This document shows, piece by piece, positions 1 through 13,891 of a DNA stretch of 64,000 bases. Position 1 is the first letter of the stretch; every line of letters begins with the position of its first letter. The stretch is from Trichoplax sp. H2. Lineage: Eukaryota. The stretch is from NCBI GenBank assembly GCA_003344405.1, contig NOWV01000031.1, forward strand, positions 62,001 to 126,000, given 5' to 3'. The notes below the pieces were generated by a model. The model was not told the origin of the DNA. It saw only the letters and a program-made list of their open reading frames with translations, and searched no databases. The translations under genes and the position numbers were made by a program.

Positions 1-1119
1 AATTATATATATCAACTCGGGTACGCTGCTTGAATGCATTAGGATAGTAGAAAGGCCACTACATCAATATCAATGATCAAGGTATACGAGTACGATTGCT
101 TTTAATTTCTTGAACATTTTACAAACACAGTATGATCAATAATTACGCGCTTTGAGTACAAATTTTCAGTAACTTCTAAGTCAATTTTAAAAGTGTAAAG
201 AGAATAATGTGAAAATTGTTACGTATTGATTCTCAATCTTATACCGGTTTAGCGTGAACTAATTTAAGCACTATGCTCTATAACTGTAGATGTCTTTTAT
301 GTCAGGGTTAGGCTTAGGGTGGATATTGATTCCCAATACTATAAACGCATTTGCAGAACAATGTGCAATATACAGTTTAAGGATTTAAACCACTACTTCA
401 AGTATTACTTATCTACAATCCATGATATAAACAATGAAAGTTCAATAGTCAGGAGTTTAGATAACAATGTATTTCGTTTATTCATGTTTTATTAATATAA
501 ACTATTACAAATCACAAATACATATTAGATCAGATCATCACACAATCTAATACATCAAACATTGGTTGAAAGTTGTACAATCAACTGCATTCCAGTGATC
601 ACAGATACTCTTGTTGTATACTGCATGAAGCCATTTCAACAAGATATAGCAATCTAAGGTCACACACTATTTAATCATCGATGAATTACACCAATAGCTC
701 CAGTAACATTACTAATAACGCACGCACTTATAAGTATTGCACGACACAGATCAAATTTCCCAATTTATTATTATGATACCCATACAAATAAAATATAAAT
801 TGAAATAAAAGAACATTTTAGTTACGTTTAGAAAGATTACCTATGATCTCACACTACAACCTGACAACAGTTTAGTAAGGGTTCACAATTTACGATTAAA
901 AATGTTACCTCATAATCCTGTAGCTAAATCAAAAATCGTACAAAAGATGCATCGGTAATAGGTCATTACTAAAATGGTGTTGCTTACTGGAATTATTATC
1001 TATTCTATGACCGCAAAGCGTCATAGTAGAATACCCTATATTAATTGTATTATTCATAGTAAGGGTATTATTATGATTTCATTTTGATAATAACTTATTC
1101 AGCAGATGAACAATGTTTA

Positions 1120-4100
1120 CTAATTCCAGTCTTTTTTAATATCGAATGACCATTCCCACGATAAATAGATATTTTTATCGTCATCAGTGAATTTACTCTT
1201 AACTGAGTAGTGTCCACGCGAAAGCATACCTTTCGGTGCTTCTTCAACAGGGGTTGTGTAATGATGACTATTAGGACTTGGTCCATAACTACCAACCATG
1301 TAGGAACTTTTGTCCACTGAAACATCAGACGTTATCGTTTAGAAGGATGAAAAAGAATTAACCGTAAGCTATATCGGCACCCGAATAGCCCTAATCAGAT
1401 ACTAAATAACTACATACGTATAATGAAGTACATAGCTGAAGAAGTCAAATTTATATAGTACACGAAGTAGTGAATAAAAGATGAAAAGCATTATTACAAA
1501 ATTTCAAGTCACGGTATGACTTTAAAAATACCTCTGATGCCTTTTCGTGATACGACTTGCATGTATTTTAATCCTGACACGATTTCATGTTGAATCTACA
1601 TTAAAAAAAAGTCAATTTAGATAGTAAATTAATAGGTAGCTTTGATGAATAGGTGTATTTCGCAATCTTGTAAGAATGCGTCATGACATCAATTCTTTAA
1701 ACTTAATCAAATACACATTTCGAGTCTATATTTACAGTAGGGTCATAAACATCACAAACTATTGAAATTAGAATTTTTGAACCGAAACAACCGCTACAGT
1801 CGATTCAGGAATCACTACTCATAATGCAAGCCTAGTTACACGAACTGCGTAATCTGCATGACAGCCTTAACTGGTAATCATTTATACCACCAACTTAACG
1901 GATATAAATACTGTCTATCATACAACAAATTGGTTATGAAAAGAAATAGCCAATTTCACATCGTTGCAAAATAAATTATCGTAACATAATTCAACCACTG
2001 TCGAGCGTGACTGTTGTACGATGGACAACAGAGTAGTTCTAGTGACTTAGTCAAAATTAGTTACGGAGTATTTAGTAGTTTATAAACTTTTGGATAGCCA
2101 ACAATTTTGAACAGATTATATTTACGTACCTTAAAAGAGATTTTGATCCGATATTCACATCCTTCCTTAATCGTAATAGCCCGCTCTTTCAGTTTGGATA
2201 TATCACCTAGAGTAACACGTATCAAAATTAACACAAGTGCTCTATTCCATATAACAGAATAATTTCTTGTGCCACAATTTTAGTGGTACATAAATGTTTA
2301 TCTCGTCTTCTCTATGTTAACTCGGTTAACCAATTTCGATAAAAATCAAGATATCAATCACGATGCTATGTAGTAACTCCAATTACAATAAATTTATACA
2401 CTAGCGATATTCCATTCTAACGTTAAAACTTCATTTTCTTGATAATTATCAAGGTCAACTTGAATTCAACGATTTAATTTATATTTAATAAGGTATTACT
2501 TATATATCCAGGAAATGAAATGTACAATTAGGAAAACTATGACAATGCTTAATACTATTTACATTTACAAATCTATTTTGTGATATAGTAAATGACAATT
2601 GATACATTAAACCAGTATAATGACTGTTGAAATTACATTTGATACATTAAATCGGTATTCATAACTATTGTCACTAAGAAGAAGCAGTCTTGATCGACAA
2701 CCATGCACATAAACGTCATTGATGCATTACACAGTTACATGATGTAATGTTGAAAATCTCGAAATTCTTCACTACAAATTACGCTATAAGTGAAAAAATG
2801 TTTACAAAAGCGACTTACCTGTGAGATCTAAGGAGAAGTCATCGCGACCTTCGACAACTAGAGAGATTTTTTGAACAATTACTTTTCGGGGATCAGAAGA
2901 ATCTAGTATGGATGAAGGATAAATATCGTTAGTGATCGGTATTATAAATGAATATAAAATTTTACGAATACGTAATCAATCCTTTTAACAATCAAATATA
3001 AAAGAGTTATGCTGCAACATGGGCTGTATCAACCAACTTTTTGCCATGTAATGGCTTAAGTATGAGGGTTTAAAACAGTACAGTGTAAGTATTCCCTATC
3101 CGGAAAAGTGTAAAAAAAATATCAGTTGTATTAATTGCCAAGTCATACTGTCCTCAATAAAAAGCGCTGAAGTTAATGTTCCCGTCGCATTTTACGTAAG
3201 TATAGAACGCATGCAATCTAGGGTTTGTTTGGCTTACGTTAGTAATAAAATTAGAAAATCTTTATAGCAAGGGCTACGGAATGGATGACTTAATCAATGG
3301 CATCCGATAAGTACGCTAATTTCATTAGTACCATTTACATTTTATCTGATGACGCTGTCGCTGCTTCCTATCCGATACAGACACACACTTTGTACTGCAT
3401 AATTTTATTTGAAGAAAACTTATTGTACTAAAATTCAAGGTTAAACTTTTGAAGGCACCCTGAGCAATCTACAACATTCAATCAATGCTATAGCCATTTC
3501 AGCATCATGGTACCTTATAAAGTCATTGAATACAGCTCTACAATCTAGACGTGCAATAGGGTATCATCATGGACTACTCCATAGGGTAGATTAAGTTACT
3601 TTAGTATAGCTTGTAAATTACATTATTACAAAAATTTCGGTAAAAATAATTAATTTTGATGTTCCCCGCAATTCACGGTGGATTGGCATTTCAACATGTC
3701 CATGATGTCCACATAGACGAGTAGTTGTGTCTTTTATCCTCTACCCAAAATGGGGGATGTTTAGCAGATCATGTTGGAAGTCTATTTACTCAATTACTAT
3801 GAAAATTACAGCACAAAAAACAAAAACGCGTTTTGAGATGTGAAAGTTTTTTACAACACCACCTGCAACCATTTCGTCATACCGCTTTACAGTACTTTGA
3901 TCGAAAGTAAAGTAAAGTAAAGTAAGAGATTCAAATTGAAGTCCGATATTAGAAAGACAGTAAGCTATTTGTTCTAATCGTGTATCAGCTGTTGATAATT
4001 AATTTGTATGATAATTGCATAGTAGCGACCAGTATTTTGCGATCCTATGGTAGCGACAAAGATTATGTTTCTGCAAGGGAGTAAAAAGATATCCATTCGT

Positions 4101-5999
4101 TGTCTGTCAACTCTATTTGCAGTATAACAAATAGGCACAATAATTAGGTAGTTCTTTCTGCATGCATCGTGCTTTACCATCTTTGTTTTATTTGCGGTCA
4201 ACTAGGAGCGTATTAGCGTCTATACTATAAAGTATCGAGCAAATAGACGAGTAAATTAAAGATGGCGTACAGGTACAATTCTATCGTTGATCTTTCATCA
4301 ATATCATAGCCCTCTTTTTTACTTTGATTTACTGTGCTAAACGACTTATGGGAGTTTCATTCTCCAGGTTGGTGGATTAAGCGGTATTCACAATATTATG
4401 ACAATACTACTATAGCTGTAATTGTATTTTATCATAGCCAATATGCTATCACAATACTTACTTTACAATTTTGCAATGATACTTATTGAAAGGCTGATTA
4501 AAAGCATGAATGGTCAGTGTTGGAGCCATTTTTTTTCTTATAGAATACAAGTGTAACCGCACATTGTAAAACAGTAGAATGTTCTTTCAATAATTCTAAT
4601 GGAAAGGATGCTTAGGGGAAAAAGGTCGGAGAAACCTATCAGGACTCCCTAGCCCACTAATAATTATATCTCTCTATCAGCAGCCATTTAGACCAGTAAT
4701 CTCAACATGCCTACTCATTAATCTGTCCTAACAATGTTGAATATGGTGTTAATCCTCTTACCCTATTTAGACACAAGTTGTTGATTACTAATTTAGGTCT
4801 TATGCGGAAGTATTGGTAGCATTTTGGGAATTTTCTCGAGCGAAAAGAGATGACACTATTGAAGAAGGGTTGAGAAAAAAATGGTTTGTCAAACAGTGAA
4901 TGCTATATTCGCTACTTGCCCAGACTCCAGTAATAGATGGAAGAAATCTTTGCATGTATGAGCGGACGGATAACTAATCTATCATACGTTTACAAGAATA
5001 TAACGCCTTGAAGATGAGATTTATGAAGTAGAAGTGCGTGTTACTGGATGCTGTTGGTGACAATTTCAACTCGAAAGTGAGGTATTCAGAAATCAAATTC
5101 TCATTGATTGATCATGCAGCCATTCTAACTATCAAGGCAGAGTGCCGATGAAGAAAAGTAGGACTTACTATCCACAGTAAATTGAGTCCCCGTAGGCCAG
5201 TATGACCATGATGGGAACGCACCCAAAGGGTGTACTTCGAACTTTCATGTAGACATGTAGAATGTACTTATCATTGGATAAAATCAATGGAGTATTTTCC
5301 ACTTGGCAATAACCAATTGATGTGGACATGCAGAGCGTTACTATTGCGACTAGGGAGGATATGAAAAAATTGAATTTGTGATCAATCTTTGACGACTACT
5401 CTATTACAGTGACGACTTGAAATCAGCCACTTACTCCACCTTGACTCATTGACAAGGCGATATACTGTTGATGCAATTTGAAAGGGAAATTTGTGCTAGA
5501 GTACAGTATGCCATTAGGGATGATCAGTTGAGCAGTCGTAGATACCGATCATGTGGAATAGTAGAACTCCTATCTATCCCTTGGCCACAATTTTGGCCAA
5601 CTTTCCTCTAACGTGAAAGTCCGTCCCTGTCATTGGACGTCGTCCATTGGCTGTAGTTTTACACTAGACTGTTGTACAAGTACGATAGTCCTTGATCATG
5701 GTTAGAAAGCGCTACCCAGGCAAAAGATTTGCAAGAAATAGTTGCTAGTTTACGTTGTGGGGGATATCCCATCTGATCAAGCAAGATGATAGGATTTCTC
5801 AACGAGGTAGTCGTTTCCCCTTTTTCTTACCTCCAACGTTTCCACCGGCCGCCGCGGCGCCAAGCAGAGCTTGCTTATATCGTACTAAACTTTCATCCTC
5901 CTTATCCAGATTTTGAATCTCTTCGATCGATTTCATTTCGGGTGCTTTATATCCTGGGGTTTCCTCAGGGGCTATATCAGCTTCTTCTTGTTCAGCCAT
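1120..5999 (-). CDS. ARHGDIA: Rho GDP-dissociation inhibitor, paralogue 1 (5 exons, 196 aa)
   Basis: Exons 5999-5831, 2902-2819, 2206-2130, 1595-1532, 1316-1120 join in frame through GT-AG introns (591 nt). The protein has the RhoGDI motifs [67 protein letters not shown] and [11 protein letters not shown]. The symbol denotes the family; orthology to a single vertebrate paralogue is not resolved. Confidence 0.95.
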
Positions 6000-6128
6000 A
6001 CCTGACTTTTGCAAATAAATCGACTTGAAACGAGTAGAACGCAGACGGCAGGGATTAAAATTGAAGAGAAATGGGGAAAAATAATTTTCTGCCTTCGACT
6101 TAGGCCAACAGGCGAAGAAAAGCTTACC

Positions 6129-6350
6129 GTCTACAGTACGGAGAATTGAGGTGTGTACTGTACACTGTACACTGTACTGCACTCTGGACCGGACCAGACC
6201 ATCAACTCGTAGTTGATAAAAGGGATTGAACCGAACCGGACCGAACCGGACCGACCTTTCTCAGGTCTACGGCATCAAGGCTGGAAGTACTGTACGTGTA
6301 CAGTGGACTGGTGTAAAGTACTGTAACAAAAGTACTGTGCACTGTACAAC
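6129..6350. promoter_or_regulatory. Putative promoter of RhoGDI-1, rich in TACTGTAC/GTACAGT words and (GGACC/GAACC)n pentamers
   Basis: Lies 130-350 bp upstream of the ATG at 5999. Contains gtactgtacactgtacactgtactgc (~6155-6180) and gaaccgaaccggaccgaaccggacc (~6228-6252). The same word composition occurs in the ClC-7/MRPL12 spacer. The promoter role is inferred from position. Confidence 0.5.
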
Positions 6351-6369
6351 AGACCCAAACAGTGTCCTG

Positions 6370-7279
6370 TCTCGGATTCATTTATCGATGGCACCTTGAA
6401 AAACTAGAATTGTGTCTGTTCAATCAGGCCCAAACGAGTTCAATTCTATCGGTAGTGGTAGTCTAATATCCATGGAGATATCCTTCTACGGGTATCTATT
6501 AATATTCTACTGGAATTTCAACGGAATGCAACTTGGATTTTTGAACCAAGGGGTGCTATCGAAAATAATTAGAATCAGAGTGTACAGTACAGCGGACGGG
6601 GGCGTAAAGTACTGTACATTCTACATTCGATCCAAACCTTTCCGAGGAAAAGCCGCTGAAACAGCTCTTCTACTCTATACTGTAGTCTGTAGAGTCTATC
6701 GTATACAGGATCTTGCTACAACTTGTCCAAGTTTCGATTTTTTAGTGGATACCTTGATAGGTTTTAGTTCATGGAAGTGGAGGTAGATGGCTTGAATTTG
6801 ACATAGGCACACCGAAAATATGGATTAATTTTGCTACTAATGCATTAAAAATAGATAGGCATTTCAGCAGCATTTCTGGATATGTTGTAGGGAAATGAGT
6901 TGGATCTCGACTGCATAATAATACCGTCGAGATTCTTTGTAACATTGTAGTGTACAAGTCTGATTCATTTCGATGGCACCCTGAAAAGAGATCATTGAAC
7001 AGCGTTGTTCACATTTAAATGCTGAATGTTAGAAGGGATATTTGTAAATACTGTATTGTATTACTCAGAAATTTCAACCGAAGGCAACTTTGATTTTTCA
7101 ACCAAAAGGTGCCATCGAAAGTAATCAGACTTCATCATAATAATAACAATAATCAGATTGTTGTACACAATTAAATGCGGAATGTTAGAAGGGGTATATG
7201 CAAATATTACTCAGGAATTTCAACGGAATGCAACTTTGACTTTTTTAACCAAAGGGTGCCATCGAAAGTAATCAGACTT
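6370..7279. mobile_element. Cluster of short MITE-like elements with terminal inverted repeats
   Basis: 6956-7132 is bounded by aagtctgattcatttcgatggcacc and ggtgccatcgaaagtaatcagactt (23/25 inverted match). A diverged copy lies at ~6370-6577 and a right-hand partial copy at ~7172-7279. No coding capacity and no clear target-site duplication. Confidence 0.6.
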
Positions 7280-9690
7280 CAACTCTTTTACTACCGTAGT
7301 AGCCGTTGCCTGTTTTCTTTCGTTTTATACAGCGCAAGTGCTCATCCAAAAGCAGTCTGCCATGACTATGGCGATGGCTATAGTGTCCACTACTGTAGTA
7401 AATTTCAGGTTAAGTTGAACAAGAGAAGAAATGATGCCGCACTCGTCTGCTCATAGTTGATCGTTTCTTCTTCAATTACCCCTTGAATCAAGACATTTTT
7501 TCCACAGTAATTCATTCCTTTCCATTTTACATGCTGTAGCCGGCTCCGGACTGTGATTTATCCGACATCAAAATCCCAGGATGTGGTACTTCTAAATGGA
7601 AAGCAGGAAACCTGGACCTGTTGAGCCACGTCGAAGAGGAAATTGCAACAATTCCTAATCAGCCTCTGCCTTGACTAATGTCTTTTGCAACTGGCAAGTG
7701 TTCTCGACTCCTTTTATCGCTGACTCATTTGTTTATTTCCTTCCATAGAGGTAGAAGAAAATGCTTTGACGAGTAGTCCTGGGCAAATTTTCCCCCTTCT
7801 ACTATCCGCAATAGACGGATTTGTGCGGCAGTGAAATAACTGCTAGACAATACTAAGCAAAGGAGTATGGGTACAGTAGGCTAGGGAAAGAGGCGGCTCG
7901 AAACTAGGAAAAATGACGTCTTTGCAGTCTTCAAGCGTACATCATGTCGTAAAGAAGGGTCGATGAATTCAATAGCAATGGAATCAATTTGACATTTGTA
8001 GCTTCAATACGATAAATTTCCAAAGTTGTTCATACTTTGACTGTTGAGTCTTGACATTGCGGTAAACAGGAGCACAGTTTACAACATGGCCTAACCAATT
8101 CTAGAAGTTGACATCGCTGTAAACAGTTGCATAATAGAGAAAATGGCGTAACAAATTTCAGTCAGTTTACCTACAGGTTCTTGTAGCCCTCTAATTTAGT
8201 CATGAATTACTGATTGATTGAAGAGTGTCATTACCATAAATATATAATAATTGCCGTTGCTTACTCAGCTATAACACCTGGTAAAGTTATTTCGATCAGC
8301 CTTTCTGCTAACGCCATCGAACCATTTCCTCTACAAAAAGCAACCAGTTGATTCCATGAAAAGAATTGTTCGGCCTATGGATCCAATCACACCTTGTTGA
8401 TCTCTGGTATTAACAAGCTAATTAACTGTTTCAATTATTCCATGATCATGCCAACTACCCTATCAATTTCTAGAGGGAAGAAAAATTCATGAAAGCGATG
8501 GACAGATTTGATTAATGCCAATACAGTCATGGAGTCCTTCGTTAATCGGATTACCTACGCCGATATTCGAAGGGATCGATTGTGCCAGAATTCTGTAGTA
8601 TAATGTCATTAATTTGGGAAGGTTTTTCCTGACTATCATGATTGCAGCATAGAATACTGGAATTACTGTGCCAAGCCAACAAGCGGCATACGTAAAAAAT
8701 AAATACTGCATATTGATCATAACCGGATAAGATTTCGGATCTTGTACGCTACTTTGTACCGAATGAAATTCCCTTACTGCCATCCAACTTAGCGCAGCCA
8801 AGAAACACCTTAGTCTGCCATTCAAAGTCGCAAACTATTGCATTTCAAATTGGTTATTGAAAATTCAAGTTTTTACATAATAGGAATTGATCAAGGATGA
8901 CGACTAATATACGAGTATACCCAACGCAGCTTGCGAAATATCAACAGTCATGACAACAATTCTTCCAAATGGACACCTTTAGACCGTTTTATTCAACGTT
9001 TGCATAAACATCAAAACACAGATTGTACATCACATAAGCCACCAAACAGTTCGGTATAGATTAAGCTTGATTAAAAATGCTAACCGCATGCCATTTATGA
9101 TGCAAAAGCATACGTAAACTTACCGGTTACAATAACAAATCATGTTCGAAAACAACATAGAATCCTCTTACGGTATCAACTATTCAATCGTGATTATCAT
9201 ACTCATCAGATTATACACTACTCGCTAAAGGATATTTATAAACTTTTTCGAGAGGACTATTAGTACATTGATGTAAATTAATGGTCATAAGATACGACGT
9301 TTAAACAACAGTGTTCGAAGACGATCACTAAAGATGACCAGATACATCAAAAATGACGATATAATCTTACATACCATACCACAGTTAAATCATGGTTTAA
9401 TTAATCAACCTTACAAAAATACGATTAGAAAGACTACGATATCCTAGAAATGACCTTAACACATGGTGTTGATGAAATGGAATCAAAAATCATATAACAA
9501 ATGCATGTAACATGCTTCATTCAATAACTTACTGTTAATAAACGACTAGCCTACAATCCTACTCGCTAGTTTAATAGTAGTAATATAGGATCAATGATTG
9601 GGCGATTCCTCATAATCAAGTGTTTACCGAATGAGATATCATCAACATTTATTCTGATGATATTTGCCGTAATGCCTTAAATCGCTCATG

Positions 9691-12600
9691 TTATTCCCAG
9701 TCTTTTTTAATATCGAAGGACCATTCCCACGCTAAGTGAACGTTCTTATCATCATCAATAAATTTGCTCTTAACAACATAGTGACCGCGTGCTATCATAC
9801 CCTTAGGCGCTTCGTCACTAGGGCATAAATAGGATTGTATTTCTGCTTTTGGCCCATAACTACCAACCATGTAAGATTGCTTGTCAACTAAACATAGGAT
9901 AGAGCCATGATATCGGTAGGATTTAATTTTATGCCATAAAATTGATGATAAAAGAATGAGTATTATTTTAGGCAATTCGACAAGCACCTTGTCATAAATT
10001 CATTTTGAAATCAATTCTAGCACTATCCATGCGATAGAATAAAGTAAAGTACGGGAAAAATTAACGTTACACTTTTCACTAAAATGAAATCTCCATGACT
10101 ACTTTTACAATTGATCACTCAGCATTATCGTCTTAGTACTGTACCTGAGATTCCCTTACGAGACACAGCATGATGATATCTTAATCCGGATACAATTTCA
10201 TGATGCACCTGTAAAAAGTCGGATGAAGCATATTATTTAAGCGAGAGTAACTAAGCAGTAGGTGAATTATACCGTTTACAACATAGAAAAATTATATTTC
10301 TGTGTAAATAGTGAATGTATCGTTCAGTAATTATCGCGCCATGGCTTTTAAGTGTATATAAAAAGGAAAGGCTATGGAACTACAATAATGCAGTAGAAAT
10401 TCTCATGACTGCATGGGTAGAGAGAGTGAATCGATTTTCAGATTAACTTGTGATAAATATTTCAAGCGGCAATCATAATGTCTGTATTGATTATTCATGA
10501 TTTATATATTCGCTACATTCTACTTTGATTTGGAAATTGTTTTATGCTTGTAAAACTATTCTTATACCGTATATATGAACGAGAACGGATGCGAAATCGG
10601 TCATTTTGCAAACTGCCCGGGTATTTTGCAAAATGACAATACGGCAAGATATTTTGCAAACTTCTCTATATTTCGGTTTAATTTTATCGTAAGCAAGTGC
10701 AGACGTTGCTTAATAGATTGCGGCAGATACCTTGAAAAAGATTTTGATTCGATATTCGGTGCCTTCCTTAATGACTATAGTCTTTTCCTTGAGCTTAGAC
10801 AAGTCACCTGTAGTATACCATCATATTGGCCGTTTAGTTCCATTAACATTGCAAGAATATGAGCAAGAGAATAGAGGTTATACAATTCAGTATATTAATA
10901 TATTTCAGTAATAGCTGCTACTATTGATTTTGATTATCTTGATAAATACTTCATTCGTAACAATTATAGGCAGATAATTGCAAATATTAATAAATCCACC
11001 AGTAATCTTTTGAAATCGTATAATAAAAGGATCGCATTACGCAAAGATGAATGATGAACAAAATACTGAAAGTTAAGAATGTAGTATATTACTCCACTAG
11101 TAAATTTCCTGTTCAAATGACCAAGTATATATTCTATACAAAGTAATACATTAAAAGAAAATTTACAACTAGATTATCTTACTATATATACTTCCTACTG
11201 CAGGTATTTCATGCTATCAATTATATTAAGGACAAAAATGGAAAACGGTTTACCTGTGAGATCAAGTTCGATGTCATCGCGACCCTGGACAACTAACCCC
11301 ATCTTTTCAACAATTACTCTCCGAGCTAAATATGCAAGCCATAAAAATAATTAGCCGGCTTAATTAAGCAAATGATTATTTCAAGAGATAACGCAGTTCC
11401 AATATTAGATTAAGATTAAGGTATAACATAGCGAAGGAAAATATACGTAATACGTTAAATTATAAGATTTTATGTAATCATTTAATATAGTGTAGATAAT
11501 ACATATACATCTATTGCAGCAATTTTATTGCAATACTTGTATTATTATGTATTAACTTGTGATAATATCCGCCTTAAGGATGTAATAGACGCGGCGTAAA
11601 TATGTGATTATATGGTAGAAAACTTTATTTCCATGGACAAACAGTATCGAAATAAGGCGAAGATTGTATGTATCTTATTTTGTGTATGAAATATTCCACA
11701 CATTACATTGCTATTTGGATGGGGATTCGTCAGCGAATGCGATGGGTATATTGCTAGTTACACTAATAATTATGGTCGTATCAAGTCATAAAATATTCCG
11801 CTTTCGTTTTCATTTCCGTCGCACTATTTGTTGTCGGTTAGATACATTTAAGTCGAATCTAAAAATTGTAGATAGCAGAGTCCACGTCTGTCTTAACAGT
11901 CTTTTAGTAAAAGGTATCTTTCATTATTTGGTCAAAATTCAAAAATTTTAGTTGGAGTATCAATTCTAAGCAGATCAGCATTTAAATGCTGATTCAATTA
12001 AAATCATGCTGCACAGTTTTAACTATTTTATAACAGGGTTAATGTCTCACTGGCGGTCTAGCCAATGGTACAATGGATACAGTGGATAATTTGATGAAGC
12101 ATATAATATAATTGATGTTAAAACGAAAACCATTACTCCTCTAATCCAGTTCGATTGTGTACTAATAACATCATTTTAACTATGTAATTAGGGTCAAAAT
12201 AGCCGTCCTATACTACAACAGCATGAATGAATAAGTGAAGGCTGGACGATCAATTTTGTTGCTTTTTTCCCCATCCAGATGAGTTGAATAATATATAATT
12301 TTAATTTAGAATTTAAAAATCATCAGAAAATGGTTACAATCGAGGGCATAAATATCCAAATTGATGCAATAAATAAAATTGCTTTCAAATTTTTTTTAGG
12401 TAATATTAACAAATTCGCGTCATTTTATTAATCGTATAGTCCAAATCAATGTATTACCAGTACGCACCTAATTCTAGCTAATAACCCAAGCTTAATGACA
12501 TAGTAGTATAGTATTTACCTAGCCACTCTGATTCCAGCGAATTATTTGACTATTTAGAACCCTCCATGATGACATCATCTGACACTTCCAGCATTTAATT

Positions 12601-13891
12601 TTATTATTATAGTATCTACGGAATACAACAGCCGAAAGTACAATAATCCATTTTACATTCAATTATTAGACAATAGCTGTTTCTATCGGTTTCTTTCCGT
12701 CAACATAATTGGAATAAATTATCTTCATTTTTTCTTTACGGTAAAGTAGAAGTTAGCCAACTGTTGGCAATAGACTGATAGACAACATATACTGTAGCAC
12801 GATATGTGTCAGTATGGCTACTGGTATAGTTAAAATTATAGTCTTAGCGGGTAGGGTCTCATCAAAAGCCAAAAAATTACTTCATTAAATAATCGAATAA
12901 AATGGTTAACGATAGAAAACATATTAAAAAGGGAATAAGAACGTTTTATGACTGTAAAGTCGAGGAAAGAAGTACCGTAAAATACTTTTCTATCCAAGAA
13001 GTTCTCGAAAAAGAATAGGTCTCAAACCATGGAATGGGCGTTTATTATGAAATAATAAAAGATACCTTAGTCAAAATGTCTGTATTTCGAATCGATGCGT
13101 CTCTTTTTAATGATAGACTAGATTAAAATGTTAATTGGTATCAGTTATTACGTACTTTTCCGGTAAAAAGGCAATCGAAGATGAAGGTATAAGAGTTAAC
13201 TGATTGTCATATGGCACTAGTAAACGTATTATACGTGTATAGTAGAAGGGTGTTTATTCCGTTTTACCACTATTGGAACAATTTTGACGGTAGTGGAAAT
13301 TTCATATAGTTTTATCATTATCATTGGAATAGGGAATAATTGTAGGATACATATAGTTGGAAAAGGATAAAGATGGTTAAGAATATCCTCAACATTATTA
13401 AATGGTAAGTGCAACCCTTTCCTACATTATAACCTTAAGTATAGTTCCATTACCAAACTATTCATTCCACCGGTTGGCGAAATAAATTGAAAATGAATTA
13501 ATTACCACACCATACTTCTCTGTTCATCGATTTGCACGAGTAGATTATATCTGGCGAATTTATAGCATCGCTGTACATAAACGATACAGCGTTGCACTTG
13601 TATTGACATTATGCTGCTAGGTCAACTTCAAGACGAATATATTGACTATTTGCAATATGTATAAAATTTCTGTTAGACTAGTGAATAGGATAAAACATTT
13701 TTCTTACGATCATCTTTTGGTGCGGCTGTCAAATCTACTCCGGCGAGTAGCGATTGCTTGTATTTTACTAAACTTTCATCATCCGCGTCTAGATTTTTAA
13801 TTTCATCTAAGGACTTTTGTGCTGGTGCCTTATATCCCGGGGTTTCTTCTGGTTCTTCGTTCAATGGTTTAATATTAGATTCTTCGGCCAT
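9691..13891 (-). CDS. ARHGDIA: Rho GDP-dissociation inhibitor, paralogue 2 (5 exons, 197 aa)
   Basis: Exons 13891-13708, 11325-11254, 10807-10731, 10208-10145, 9887-9691 join in frame (594 nt). Motifs [62 protein letters not shown]. Exons 3-5 have the same lengths as in paralogue 1 (77/64/197 nt). Confidence 0.95.

Noticed and set aside
8487..8825. 112-aa ORF with a hydrophobic segment between the RhoGDI genes
   Set aside because: Non-ATG start, no recognisable motif or splice context; probably intergenic or RhoGDI-2 3' UTR.
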